62,650 nucleotides of DNA from Phoronis australis (lineage: Eukaryota > Animalia > Phoronida), in NCBI GenBank assembly GCA_002633005.1, contig NMRA01000054.1, forward strand, positions 681,711-744,360, read 5' to 3'. The translations under genes and the position numbers were made by a program. The notes beneath the pieces are model-generated. The model did no database searches, was not told the DNA's origin, and saw nothing but the letters and a program-made list of their open reading frames with translations. The number at the start of each line of letters is the position of its first letter. Within the stretch, counting starts at the first letter, position 1. Shown here one piece after another: positions 13,801 to 25,400 of the stretch.

Positions 13801-13882
13801 TGAGTCTAGTGGTGCAGAAGGTAAAAAGTCTCGGCTTGTGGGAAAGAAGGTCAATCGCAGCATGAGTCTGACAGTGTTTTAG
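1160..13882 (+). CDS. WEE1: Wee1-like tyrosine kinase, complete 10-exon model join(1160..1845,4414..4465,7162..7331,7844..7965,8789..8935,9829..9939,10969..11114,11575..11682,12081..12226,13786..13882), 594 aa
   Basis: All introns are GT-AG and the phases join into 1785 nt. Motifs: Wee-box [23 protein letters not shown]-loop [41 protein letters not shown], Wee1-type EEGDCRYL, and C-terminal [16 protein letters not shown]. Confidence 0.96.
4414..4465 (+). CDS. WEE1: Wee1 exon 2 (S)[17 protein letters not shown]
   Basis: Acceptor ttttctgcag, donor GTGAGT; 52 nt bridging phase 2 to phase 0 exactly. Confidence 0.85.
4878..6618. mobile_element. Non-autonomous Helentron/HINE (DINE-1/CvA-like) element with internal tandem array, in Wee1 intron 2
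   Basis: Left end has a hairpin, GCCCACATAT-T-TATATGTGGGTGC. Right end repeats GTGGGTGCA and is followed by a short stem-loop CAATGCTCCGCGTTG and TT. Internal units recur at 4949, 5400, 5836 and 6285 (periods 451, 436, 449). Confidence 0.7.
7162..7331 (+). CDS. WEE1: Wee1 exon 3 (kinase subdomains I-II)
   Basis: [16 protein letters not shown]...[26 protein letters not shown]. Confidence 0.95.
7844..7965 (+). CDS. WEE1: Wee1 exon 4
   Basis: [40 protein letters not shown]. Confidence 0.95.
8003..8345 (-). mobile_element. tRNA-derived SINE-like fragments (two partial copies)
   Basis: Duplicated ATAGTAAATAyATAGrCGCTGAGGTTrGCCAGTA. On the minus strand there is an A-box-like TAACTCAGTGGTAAGAGCA and a B-box-like GGTTTGATTCCCAG. 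Confidence 0.5.
8789..8935 (+). CDS. WEE1: Wee1 exon 5 (catalytic loop)
   Basis: GGSLADSI...[17 protein letters not shown]; donor GTGAGT. Confidence 0.95.
9829..9939 (+). CDS. WEE1: Wee1 exon 6 (kinase insert)
   Basis: (G)[36 protein letters not shown]; not in the ORF track, phases fit. Confidence 0.93.
10969..11114 (+). CDS. WEE1: Wee1 exon 7 (activation segment)
   Basis: (G)[48 protein letters not shown]. Confidence 0.95.
11575..11682 (+). CDS. WEE1: Wee1 exon 8
   Basis: [36 protein letters not shown]. Confidence 0.94.
12081..12226 (+). CDS. WEE1: Wee1 exon 9
   Basis: [22 protein letters not shown]...[16 protein letters not shown] (end of kinase domain plus coiled coil). Confidence 0.94.
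12665..13229. mobile_element. PIF/Harbinger (Tourist-like) MITE in Wee1 intron 9
   Basis: About 39-bp TIRs GGGCTGTTCCAGCAAAATCTGTGTGGGAGGGGGAAGGCA / TGCCTTCCCCCTCCCACACAGACTTTACTGGAACAGCCC, with TTA on both sides (TWA target duplication). Confidence 0.8.
13786..13882 (+). CDS. WEE1: Wee1 exon 10 (terminal)
   Basis: [31 protein letters not shown] followed by TAG; RSxSL is the 14-3-3-type motif. Confidence 0.93.
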
Positions 13883-16113
13883 GATACTGTGACTAACCAG
13901 GTGGACAAAATCTTTGTGCAATTATCAGGGCTATGAATTTCCCTCTTTTGAGAGGATATCCTCTTTTTTGGTTTCAATTTCCTTTTATTTGATTTCCAGT
14001 TTCCTCTTTCCATCTTTTTTGTCATTATTTTGACTTTATTCATGCAAAAACATTTATTTTAGTTATGTCTTACAACACAAAAAATATTTCTATCGCACAA
14101 GCCTATTTACTTGTGGAACGATATATCAGCTGGAAAAATTTCCTCTTTTTTGTCATTGGTCATTTCAAGCCCCGAGTTGTATATAATCTGTGGCATCACC
14201 AGGCTGGCATTACGTTAGGGTGCCTCGGCAGTGCACATTGCTGAGGGTTTTGTATAGTAATGAGTTATCAATGACAGCATGGTTCTGATGGTATGTTAGT
14301 GGTTCTGGGGTGCAAAAGGCTTTGTAGAGGATTGGGCTATCAATGGCTATATGGTTCTCATGTTTAGGTGCCGTAGGGATGCCAAATGCCTAGGGTTTTG
14401 TCTGTGTGGTGTGTGATCATTCAAAATTGTATATGATGGCGTCATACGGAGTCATAAGTCACAAATGGCGATATCTTCAAAATTTGGTGTGTCGTAAGTA
14501 AAAGTCGTGAGTTGCCAATGCGGTGACATGATAATGTGGAGTCAGTTGTATGAGTCTGACGTGCATTTGAGGAAGCATGGCTTGCAAGAGGCCACAGGAT
14601 TTGTATAAACTACCTTGATCTGATCTGTTACCATGACTGTGTACGTGTAAATATATACATACGTACATATACGTTTTTTGAGGGGAGGTATTCTTGTATT
14701 ATGTGTAAATGAATCTATGAATAATGAAAATATGTTTTAACTGCATGAGTATTTTAAAGGTATTTTCATTGAAACAGGTGGTCAGCAATAAAATTATTAT
14801 TGTGTACTTCAATTCAGCAGCATTTTGAAGAAGTGGTTATTGTTTTTTTTTTACTGTTGAATTATTTTAAGTGTATTTGAATCAAGGATCGGTTGTACTT
14901 TGGGCGCTTGTAGCACCATATTGGACAAAATTATACGGATAAAGTGTTTCTGATATTGAGTATAGAAATCAGCTACAGGTGCTTTTTTAACAGCTTTTTA
15001 ATTTGTTCATATGGACTCCATCTGCACCTTGCAAGGGATTCTGTGACTTTGTAGCTTTCATTCTGTTCTTGTTTAGAGAGACTGTCATAGAATGCCATCC
15101 ATATAGTTGACAGGTCTTAGTGCTGATTGCTGGTGTTTTGTGGCAGTGAAAGGATTCACAATTCTTTTCTCTGTGTTTGGGGAATGTTGCCTTTTTGAAT
15201 GTCTTTGAGGTCAATTTGGTGTGTTTCACTTAGGTATTTTAAACCTTCAGTCAATTTCTCTAAAAATGAGCAATTTCTCAAATGGGAAATGGCAACACCA
15301 TGAGCAAATTCTAAAAACGTCAGTCGGTTGGAGTAAATTGTGTTCCTTGCTTTTCAAAGGCTGAGACGGCCGGCAGTTTTCAGTCTTGTTACATAACTAT
15401 TGGACTTAGACTTGAGCGTTGATGCCAGAAACAGATGGCAACATAATACAACAGTGATTCAGTCTATCAGACTCCCAGTGTTTGTATTGTGTGACATGCT
15501 CACTGTCTCATACTTACACTTTTGAAGACATTTTTATATAGCGTTTATAAAAATAAAAAAAAAATAATCGAATTCACAGTGCATTTCAAATTAAGTAAAA
15601 TGTACCAAATTGGCCAATAAGATCAAAGAACTGGCATAATTTGTTGTCAGTATTTTCAAAAAGAGTCATCCCAAGCAAGCTGAAATGGGTTGCAATCCTT
15701 TTTTGCTCAGGCACGTTTTGCTAGCTATGTGGTGTAGGTTTTAAAACCATATCTACTATTTTTGACCAAACATTCCCATTTTAAATTTGAAGACCATGTA
15801 CAACATACTCCTTTTTCACCATACCTTTTGTAAATGGAATAGAATTGATTGAAAGGAATCTTGAAATGCATTTTGTAAATCCTTAGAGATTTGTTTATTG
15901 TTTGTATGTGAAGGTTATCTTCCTGCGATATTTCACCAAATTTTCTTTCAAAGTTGAAAATGTTGTTGTGTGTCAGAATGCACCAGGACATAATATTACT
16001 GAATTGTAGTGCAAATTGAGTATTGTGTGAAATCTAACTGTGATGGTGAGAAGTATGTCTTGAAAAGGGTTCCTCTTGTTTATTCAGATTGTTCATTTTG
16101 TAAAGTACTATGA

Positions 16114-16119
16114 AATAAA
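16114..16119 (+). terminator. Candidate distal poly(A) signal for Wee1 (3' UTR about 2.2 kb)
   Basis: AATAAA followed by a T-rich downstream tract. Alternative AATAAA near 14787 and 15552. Confidence 0.4.
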
Positions 16120-16914
16120 GGTTTAAAAATTACTGATTTATTTTGTTTTCCTTTAGTACACTTTATTTTCATTTTAAATTATTCAGAAAGTGTATTTTAT
16201 TGAGATGAAGGCCCCATATTTCAGAATATTCAAAATGTATTGCTGGGCGTTTTTCGCCTATAATTTGATATTTGAAGTATTACGGTGCTCATGTGTTGGC
16301 GTTGCACTCAGAATGAACGTTCGCACACAACCAAGTGGCTTTGAGCTTTCGTTTCCGTTCTGACAAGGGGTTCTCACAACTATCTTTATAAGTGTTTGAC
16401 TTGAGGGAGGAGAGCTTTCCATTTTCAAAAATAAGGTTGATAGAGTATCTTTTCTGGGAAAAACAAATACATTTTTTACGTTCATTATCAGGATGCAGTA
16501 ATGTTATGAGGTATTAAACAGTGTGCTTATCACCTTCAAGTGACTTTATGGGCGGAGATGTGTATTCAAGTGGCATTTAACTCTTCAGCAAATCAGGCAG
16601 GGTTAAAATGTTAGAACAGATTATGTATTCAAGTGGGAGTATGATGACAAATGCCCCTACGACGAAACAAAGTGCGAACGCGTCTCCATTGTTCCGCGTG
16701 CGTCACGCACGTACTCCGTCGTAGTACGAAATATACTGGCAAATGAATTCCCGATATCACGATTCAAACAGGTTACGTGTCAATCATACCAAGACGTGCC
16801 ACATGATCCGTTTTACCTAAAAGCACAGTGCTGGGTTTCAGCAATATTAATAAGGAAAAAGACAGGTAATATTATATTATGCGGTACTAATCATTGTATT
16901 ATTACATTTGTACA

Positions 16915-17235
16915 GGTTGAGCCGCGTGCAATGAATCCCATGCACGCACGCACCCTGAGGTTAAGCCGCGTGCAGTGAATCCCATGCACGCGCGCATCCA
17001 GTGGGGGGGCTCCTTCGAGCCCCCCCATTAGGCGAAGTGGGCAAAAAGGTACGCCACCGAGAGACAAAAAGTCCAAGAAAAAGGGACAAAAGTGCACTAA
17101 ATAAGCCAAATGCGCAATTCACAGTGGTGCTCCTGTTTTTTTTATAATTTATTTTAGTCCACCGGCTCCTTTGTTACCACAGGACCACAACGCCAGGAAT
17201 TCGAGCCCCCAAATTGAAGGCTGGGTGCGCGCATG
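16915..17235. mobile_element. Short GC-rich MITE-like repeat; a second copy lies inverted at about 54213-54440
   Basis: Ends CATGCACGCGCGCATCCAG / CTGGGTGCGCGCATG. Internal sequence matches 54213-54390 in reverse complement. Local about 44-bp duplication at the left end. Confidence 0.6.
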
Positions 17236-19394
17236 AATCCGATGTGATATTGCTTCTTGTCTGGAAACAACAAAAAAGATTTATATCTTTTGCCGTGTAT
17301 CATCTTCACGATTTTATGCATTTCAGCTAAATACTTTGGCAGACACAGTGAATAACTTGTACAAACGCTGGATACGACATACAAGTAGTTCAGATGAACC
17401 CTTTGTGTCGAAACATGTTTGGGCAAACTGCAACCCAAAGCACCGCCTTCATGGTGTTGCGCTGAAGTACCTCGTTCCCTGCCAAGAAATAGGGTCTACT
17501 GATCTAACTGAATGATGCAGCATTTCTTCCACAAGCACCGTTTGACTAATTTCATTGATTATTTGAACTTTGCTGTTTTCGAGGACATGTGATAAAGATT
17601 TACCAGAATTTCATCTACTTACATCAAAATTCACTCGAAACATCGATTTGGTAAAACGTTGCACACGACAGACGCAGGTGGCCTCGCCTGGATGCGACCA
17701 AAAATATTTTTATCGGCAACGTGAGCAAATCTTAGTTGTTTGAGGTTGACAACAAATTCTATGAAATTTACCGTTTGTAAGAAGAATGATATCGATACTA
17801 CAACCTGCATCGAAATTCTCATCTTTTAAAAGATTTAACTATTCAGGTAAAAATCATTTAGTGAACTAGGTCATTTTTAGACAAGTAAACATGATACCAG
17901 AAAGCAACGAACATTTAACATATCAAGTCTTCTTACTTTTCTGCATGATGGGGTTGCAAGATTTGTTTTCATATCCGTGTACATCATTAAGAAAAGTTTC
18001 GGTGAATCCAAAAGGCGTGCGAACACTTGTAGGAAGATTGAACTGAGTCAAAGTGTGTTGACGCGATTTACTGTTGCAACTACGGTTTTAGCGTTCAACT
18101 TGTATTTAAAAAATAAATACTACTCGTTTTCGATTGCCGATACTTTGAAGACATAGAAATCAGTTGGTAAAATTTACAATTAATTTGTGAAAAATCAAGT
18201 CAATCATTCTTTCGATTTCCGTCATTGCTATTGCACATTCTTGGTTGTTTGGGCCGCCTGTGATATTTTTACGAACATTTTGTGGGCAATTGGAAATTCT
18301 ATCGTCTTTCTCATGTGAATAGCTGATCCACTGACATTCTCTTTTCTGCATGTTTTCCCGTCTACGCGACTTCCTTTTCTATTGGATGTTGAGCTACCCG
18401 AATTTTTCTTAATTAGCCCGAATTTTCGATATTTTTGTCTGAAACTGTGAGGTATTTGTCCCATGTCCCTCGCTTAATACGCCATGGCCATAATATCTCT
18501 AGTTTAACAGTTTCGTGTTAACCTACTACTTTGCTTCATTTTAGTTAAAAACGTCATGAAACAGATTATAAACTAAGTTAGTTCAGTCGAAACTTAGCCG
18601 AGACAATGCTCATTCAACACAACTCCATTCTGGAGTAATTATTTATCCAGTTAAAACTGAATTTGGCATGCATTTTTAGTTTATTTTTTATTTTTTGGTG
18701 ATGCACCACCACCTAAAATGGCAACTGGAGTGACTCATGCATTATGGGTACTCACTCTACTGCCGCCATATGCCATGAAGTGGAAACTCAGTTCACATTA
18801 AGAACTTTAAAAATAAAAAGTAAAGTAAGGCAAACAAAACAGGGGTCAAAGTTACACAGTCTGTATATTTTAGTGATATGTTCCGACTGAAAAAACTCAT
18901 CCTGTATTTTAAACTGTTGAATGCATCTTTAAGATAAACCCCTGCTGACAAAAGTCGATTTCTTTCTGAATAGACAGGTAAGGAACTAGAAATATTCCAA
19001 GACGATGCTATCGATTCGCCTCAGATTTCCGATTGTCGACATCATGGCCATGGATTCCTTAAATCCACCAATGAAATGAAAAAAATGGCGTGCATCAGCA
19101 CTACCCAGCAGTGTTGTCTTACATAACACATGGCTATGAAAATCTGTTAGCATATTCCTTGATGTTAGAAATTATTTAGACCAGATTAAATGACGTAAAA
19201 GCGTAGATCTGTTTGTTTCATATAACGTGCATGCTGTAAACGCTTTATAACAGGCAATAAACTTTTATCAGATAGGAGTACCATAATCTCTCCGAGTCAA
19301 CTTGGATATGGAGATGCGGTTGCTGGCGTCGTCGGCGCGCGCTGTGTGACTGTGTCAAGACAACTATTTAGACGGGATTTGTGGTGACAACGCA

Positions 19395-19435
19395 ATGGCG
19401 TTACGAAGACTTTCTTTGGAACCGCCACCGCTGAG
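19395..19435 (+). CDS. GST-like first coding exon 1A: MALRRLSLEPPPL(S)
   Basis: Start context GCAATGG; donor AG|GTGAGT; phase 2 matches the exon at 24040. Confidence 0.65.
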
Positions 19436-22400
19436 GTGAGTTTAGACGTCGAATCCTAGTAATTATTACGAGCAGCTTTGTAAATAATCTCAAGTTCAGT
19501 TTAAAAACTTGAATTTTGGTGTTCGTTTTATCACCGACGTCTCCTAAGATACATGTATACTCCGATGCATGGTTCCGACACCTCGAAACATCCAGTAACC
19601 ACGGGTGTCAAATGTGGTTTTAGCGTCCATAATGTTACTGTACAGTGTCAAATAGACGAGGATGGCAAGAGGTCTTTACTGAGGTGTTAAGACCCTCTTT
19701 CTTGCCTGCCTGTCCAAGCTCCCCGTCTGGCCATCTGGATTGGCACCTCGATCTTTACGGGCTCCAAAACTTAGACTTGTGTTCATAATGTATCACCAAT
19801 TTGCAACAAATTGCTTTACTCGCAGACATGTCATTCACGCATCAGTTAGATTGCAAGACTCTGCAGTGTTGAAATACTAATCGGGAATCTGCCATACTGC
19901 AGAAACCAATGCGGCAATAAACTTTGACCCGGAGAAAATCAGCGTTTCAATTTCAAAGGTCACATAATCGTCGTTTCTAACAGCACTCAAATTCAAATTT
20001 TGAACTCGTCAAAAATGACTCCGTGCCTAATAAAATTTTCCAGCTTGTCGGTTGAGTGAAAATGTGACAAGAGAGGTCATTTTCAACGGCTTTGCACAAC
20101 CAGCAACTTAAACAAAAGCATTGGCAGATTGTTTTGCATCAAGGGGCGGGTGGCCGGGGGGGTGNGACCGAGGTGGGTCCCACGAGGGCGACACCTGGTC
20201 TCCCGCGGTGATGTCTCACATTCCTGGTACCCTGGCACGCCACTCGAATGTTTTATTCAGTGAATGCAAATGTATCACGTGCTCCATCCGCTATAATCTT
20301 CGTCAGCTTCCAGCCGTTCTCCACACCACAAGCCTGAAAATAACAGCGTTCTAACTAACATTTGGTCAAAATTGCATTTGATAGTAGCATTGATGCTGTA
20401 CAAAATTCGAACAAAAACGGCATAAATATTAGAAACTTGTCATTTTCATGCAGAGAAATGACTCTCGGGGTCATTTTTACGTTGTTGAAAATTTAATGCT
20501 AAATCTGACAGAAACTTCTTTGTCACAAACATTTGAGGTGAACTTGTTTTTTCATCGATTTTTGTGAACCTTGGCAACATCTTTCTGTTGTGTTCGTCCA
20601 TCGCAATTCGCGTTTTGTTTATTCCACATATACCGGTAGGCTTCCACGTTTTTACAAGCTCATTAATTCAAACATTCACTCAGAGGAAAAAGTCAGTTTT
20701 ATGTCTTGATAATGAAACATAAAGAACCATATGAGTCAACTACCGCTGAATTTTGCAAATTCACAGTTTTGGGGAGCACACATGTTTCAACATGGTGCTT
20801 TTGGAAAATTCCTGTTTTCAATACACCTGAGAGACTTTTCAATCGTCAGCAAACATGTGATACTTGCCACGAATACTGATTACCTTGAGATCTGAAACAT
20901 TAGATTCTAAATGCTTGCCAAAGAGAAGGTCAGAGTTGAAATAAGATCCCAAAATATCGCAAATTGTCAACAGGTGCGCTCCAGTAAATACTTTTACGCG
21001 TCTAGATGACTTGAGAGAATCAAGTTAAACTTCACACTTATTATTGTGTGAATTATTTGTAGTATCACAAACACTTCATTTTGTTGTCAACACACACTTG
21101 TTCGGTATTACATCCAGTGTTTTGTAAGTGGACCTGTATTTCAGGTTAGAGTCGTAATCGAGTGGAGGGTCGGGGGCGTGGGTTGGGTGGAGGGGGGTGG
21201 TTAGGAACTCTCTGGTAGAAACAGTTGGATCGGCGGTCTATAGACGACGTATCACTAACTCTAGCAGCTGTCTTACCGTCCCCGGTATCGTCTCAGGTAG
21301 ATGTTTCGGTTTTGCTACACCGTAAGTTCCTGCTGGGCTTTTTAGAGTTGGTAGGTTGGATTCACAGGAACCGCGGAGGAGAGTAATATTTTTGTTTGTT
21401 TATTGTCAGTACTTTCTTATACAAATGAATTTAGGGCTTGGTAGCGCTGTTTTGGTTTTGGTTCGGTGTAATCACTTAGGTATCATGACACTCGTTTTCC
21501 TGATTGCTCGAGTCTTGCGATGTTCTGAATTTCGAATATGCACAGCGAACAACCCTCTCAAACTCTTATTTAGGAGAAAATTATTTGCCACCTGCCGGTG
21601 GTAGGTGGACGGAACACTGTGTGCACATATGACGTATTTCTATTTACAACGTTAACAACGTACCCCATTCTACTTGTGTCATTGTCCAAACGTATTTCAC
21701 CGGCAAATCAAACAACAGTATTGTGTAGCCGAAGAATACACACAAAAAGTTGCTGGTAATATTTCTAACTCTATTACCCCTGGTCCGTGTTTACCTAGCC
21801 CAGTTTCATTGATAGTGGAAAAGTGAATGGTCCAAAAAGATGTTGACGGTAGAAAGCGGGTAAGTGACTACAAACCTTGCGAGAGCAAGTGCATTTGAAT
21901 TTCCACCACTAGAATTTGCAAGTTTCATCATCCAATTCATCACAATTCGTGATGGGGCGGTCATGTTTCGATCCCCGGCGATCATGTTCAGTCCCCAGGG
22001 GTCCTATTTTGTTGTGGGACCATCATGTTTTTAGGTGTAGTGGTCCCATTTTCTAGTCCGGCGCTACCATTTGATCTCGTAGATCCTGTTTTGTGGCCGG
22101 CGAGTCAGTCCGATTTGGAGGACCGGTGGTCCTGTTTTGGTTCCGGCGCGTGTTGTTTCTCCCCCGCGATCACTGAATCCAGCTTAAATTCTGTATTTCG
22201 TTGGATTAATGACAAGGTATGCTTTCAACACACTTAATACGGAGCAATGACACGGGCACGTCTTTATACAATTGATCACAAACAATGCCACTGGCAAATT
22301 TGTACAATGAAATGTTAGAATTAAAGACGATTGATTTTATTCATTGATCCGGCTTCCGGAGTAACGTGACACACTTTTCTCGTGCAATCAAGAGACCAGA

Positions 22401-25400
22401 GATTTACAGTTGAGCGCATACGAAATTTTGGAGCGTCGTCATTAAACCTTTGTACTATAATTGAAATAAAATAGAAGTTTATCAAATGAGTTTATCGCAC
22501 GTAGCTATTGACCAACGCCATTACAAAACCTTGAGAGCGTTACAAAACACAAGTGAATGTCAAGGCTGTCGATAATCTTCGAGTGTTGAGTGAAATAACC
22601 GTGTACTATATGTTCATTACCAATCGACATTATGGGAACGTCGAGTTCTATTAAAATTGTCATAAAAACCGCCGAGGAAACGAGTGAGGAACACTCCAGT
22701 AGACCATGGTAAGAATTATAAAATAATTGTCGCGACTTTTATTCATTTTCAGCCCTTGTCATCAATTGGTGGCGTATCCATGTGGTTCTGTAACTTGCAC
22801 AGGGGAGCGCAAGCGACGCAGGCATAGTCTTCTGTCTGTTCAAAATTTCCAATCACGGAAAAAAGATGTGCTTGACAGAATTTTTGCTAATTAACTGCAA
22901 AAACGTCATATCATGTAACTTTGTCATATCTGCGATCGCTTCCTAATGGTGAGATTTATACAACTGAATCCGCGTTCTCGCACCACACTCCGAATGCTAC
23001 GTACATTAGCACTAATATAAATATTTGCACCCGATAATTTGCTATAGAAATGCATTTGATGCAGCCTCCAATTCAGTAACTTGTTGACTTTGGAATGTTA
23101 GACGCAGCGTCGAAGTTCTGTAGCCAAATAAACACAGCCACCTTTACAGTCATGCAGTTTCCGTGTCAGGTATAATAGCTGCTTCGTCAAGCATCCGTTT
23201 TTGGGTTTTTTTTCGCGCACAGGTAATTCCATTTGCGTGTAGTAAATGAAGTCACAGTAACTCTCCAAACACGGAAATTACAAGAATTGTTTGCATATTC
23301 GGTGATGTCATGCTAATTACAAACTTTGTTCTTCGAAAACTCAATAACAGAAGATAACGATTGCTGCCAAAAGAAACTAAGACTGGTACTAAAATGTGCA
23401 TAAATATATCTTATTCAGTGAGGCGGATTGAACGGGATAAATTGCTTGGTATCGATCAATGTTGCTGTCATTAGGCAGACGAAAAGATCTCAACCAAAGA
23501 TCTGAAAGAATTGAGTGTACCAAAAATTGTAATTGCAATTATCCCATTGCGATAAAAAAAACAGCTGGATGCTATACAACACAAGACAAGATGAACCACT
23601 TGAACACAAACTGTGTTATGTAGAGTCCTAAATAACACTGTTGCAGGGTGTAGCATTAAAGAATGACCCAAGGTTTATCGTTAGCGCTCTCCAGTATTCA
23701 CTATAAATAACCCAGAGGAGTTAATACGGGTTTAATAGGATTAATCTAAAGCTTCGTAGAACTGGATGTCACAAAGGGGTCGCAATCACAATTTACGAAG
23801 GAAAAGTGTTCACGTAATCATAAAATAGCATTCTGATGGCACTTTTGTGGCCAAGTTCGAAGCCTAAGGTACGACCCTTTGCCCCCAGTCCCTAAATCTG
23901 CCCTATGTGCCGTACGACTTAACGCGCAGCCTATGTTACGATTCATTTACTTCAAGATTTGAAAACAAATCAAAAGCTTGCAACAGCCAAGGATGTACAT
24001 ATTTTACTTTTAAAGCAACGCCCAGAGTTTCTTTTTCAGCCGGCGGCGAGCGAGCATACGCCCGGACACCGGCAAGATTCAGCTGGTTATTAAAAAGAGT
24101 TCCCCTTCATGCAGGATAGCTTGGTTATACTTAAAACAGGTAAGCAATTCAATAAAATTTCAGTTTTACTGGAAACCTTATTAGGCTTTTGAAAATGATA
24201 TGGAAACGAGGTTCTCAGTTATTTCATTTATTACTGCTCTTTCGAAGAGCAGTAACGCTGTAGTTATTGTAATATGTCAATCAAAATGACGCACAAACCT
24301 CTGTCACAACACTGCCTGGAGCACAGAGCTGAGGTACCCAAGTCGCGCAATTTTTTGGTTTTTGGTTGCATTTAATGAAGCATTTCGAACTAGGATACGC
24401 CTTTAGAGCATGGACCTTATCGGGGGGTCAGCGGTTGCGCAAAAAAGGCTCTTTAAAAAGTGCGTGATTTCCATATAATTGAGCGTTTTGCATTCATACG
24501 GCCATTAAACGACCCCTCCTAGCTGATCGATATTCATCAACAACTGAACATTTTTTTAGACAAATTGCTTGCAAGCCCATTCTCGCACACAAAATAGAAT
24601 ACAAAACAAAGTCTAATCTCTTTTCAGGTCAATTTCTTGAGATATCCAAAAACTTCACTGAAGGTTAAGTTGCTAAATGCATGAATTCACGTAACAGAAC
24701 TACCGGTATTCAGACTTTTGTTGCTAATTCGTACCAGGTTTATACCAATCCTTTCCACTGGAAGAAGCAAAGAATACCTTAAAAATATGACTGGAGTACA
24801 AAATTTTAGTAAAAATCTCTTGCAAGCACTGTGTAGCCACGTCTTTTTCATCTGAAGCACAATATGCATTGTTAGCTCAAAAGGATCATCGAGTGCAGCG
24901 AACAAACCGAAACATTCTATCTTTAGGCAAAATACATCAAATTTCTTTTAGAACAAAATCCAGCATGAGATCGTCGACGTAGATGATGGCTCCAAAGAGA
25001 AACAATTAGAACTACATACCATCAACGTCCTGGACACAGTGCCTTGCCTTGTAGATGGATCAACAGTGGTACATGATTGGTCAGTATCAACGGACGGAGT
25101 TGTCATCCGAGTTAGTTGCGTGCTGACCGGGAGATTTCCGGATAAACAACGTCAGTTGAGTAGAAAAGGTTCCATGCGAGAGGCTCTTTCGGGGTCATTA
25201 AGTATTTCTGATATTTATGAGAAAAATTTAGACATGACATCATAACTTTTCGTTTTTGGTTTTTAATTTTGTCATCTACCTGTTGAAGCGAAGAGTATGA
25301 GATTTTCCACATAAAGGACTTATGGCTAGTTTGTTGCGGACCAGACACTCTATTTTGTGAATGGCATGGTGAGCGACCGACCACCGTTATAAAGGTGGGG

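Noticed and set aside
13927-14173. Possible MITE in the Wee1 3' UTR (CAGGGCTATGAA ... TTCAAGCCCG)
   Set aside because: The terminal match is short and imperfect, and I found no target-site duplication.
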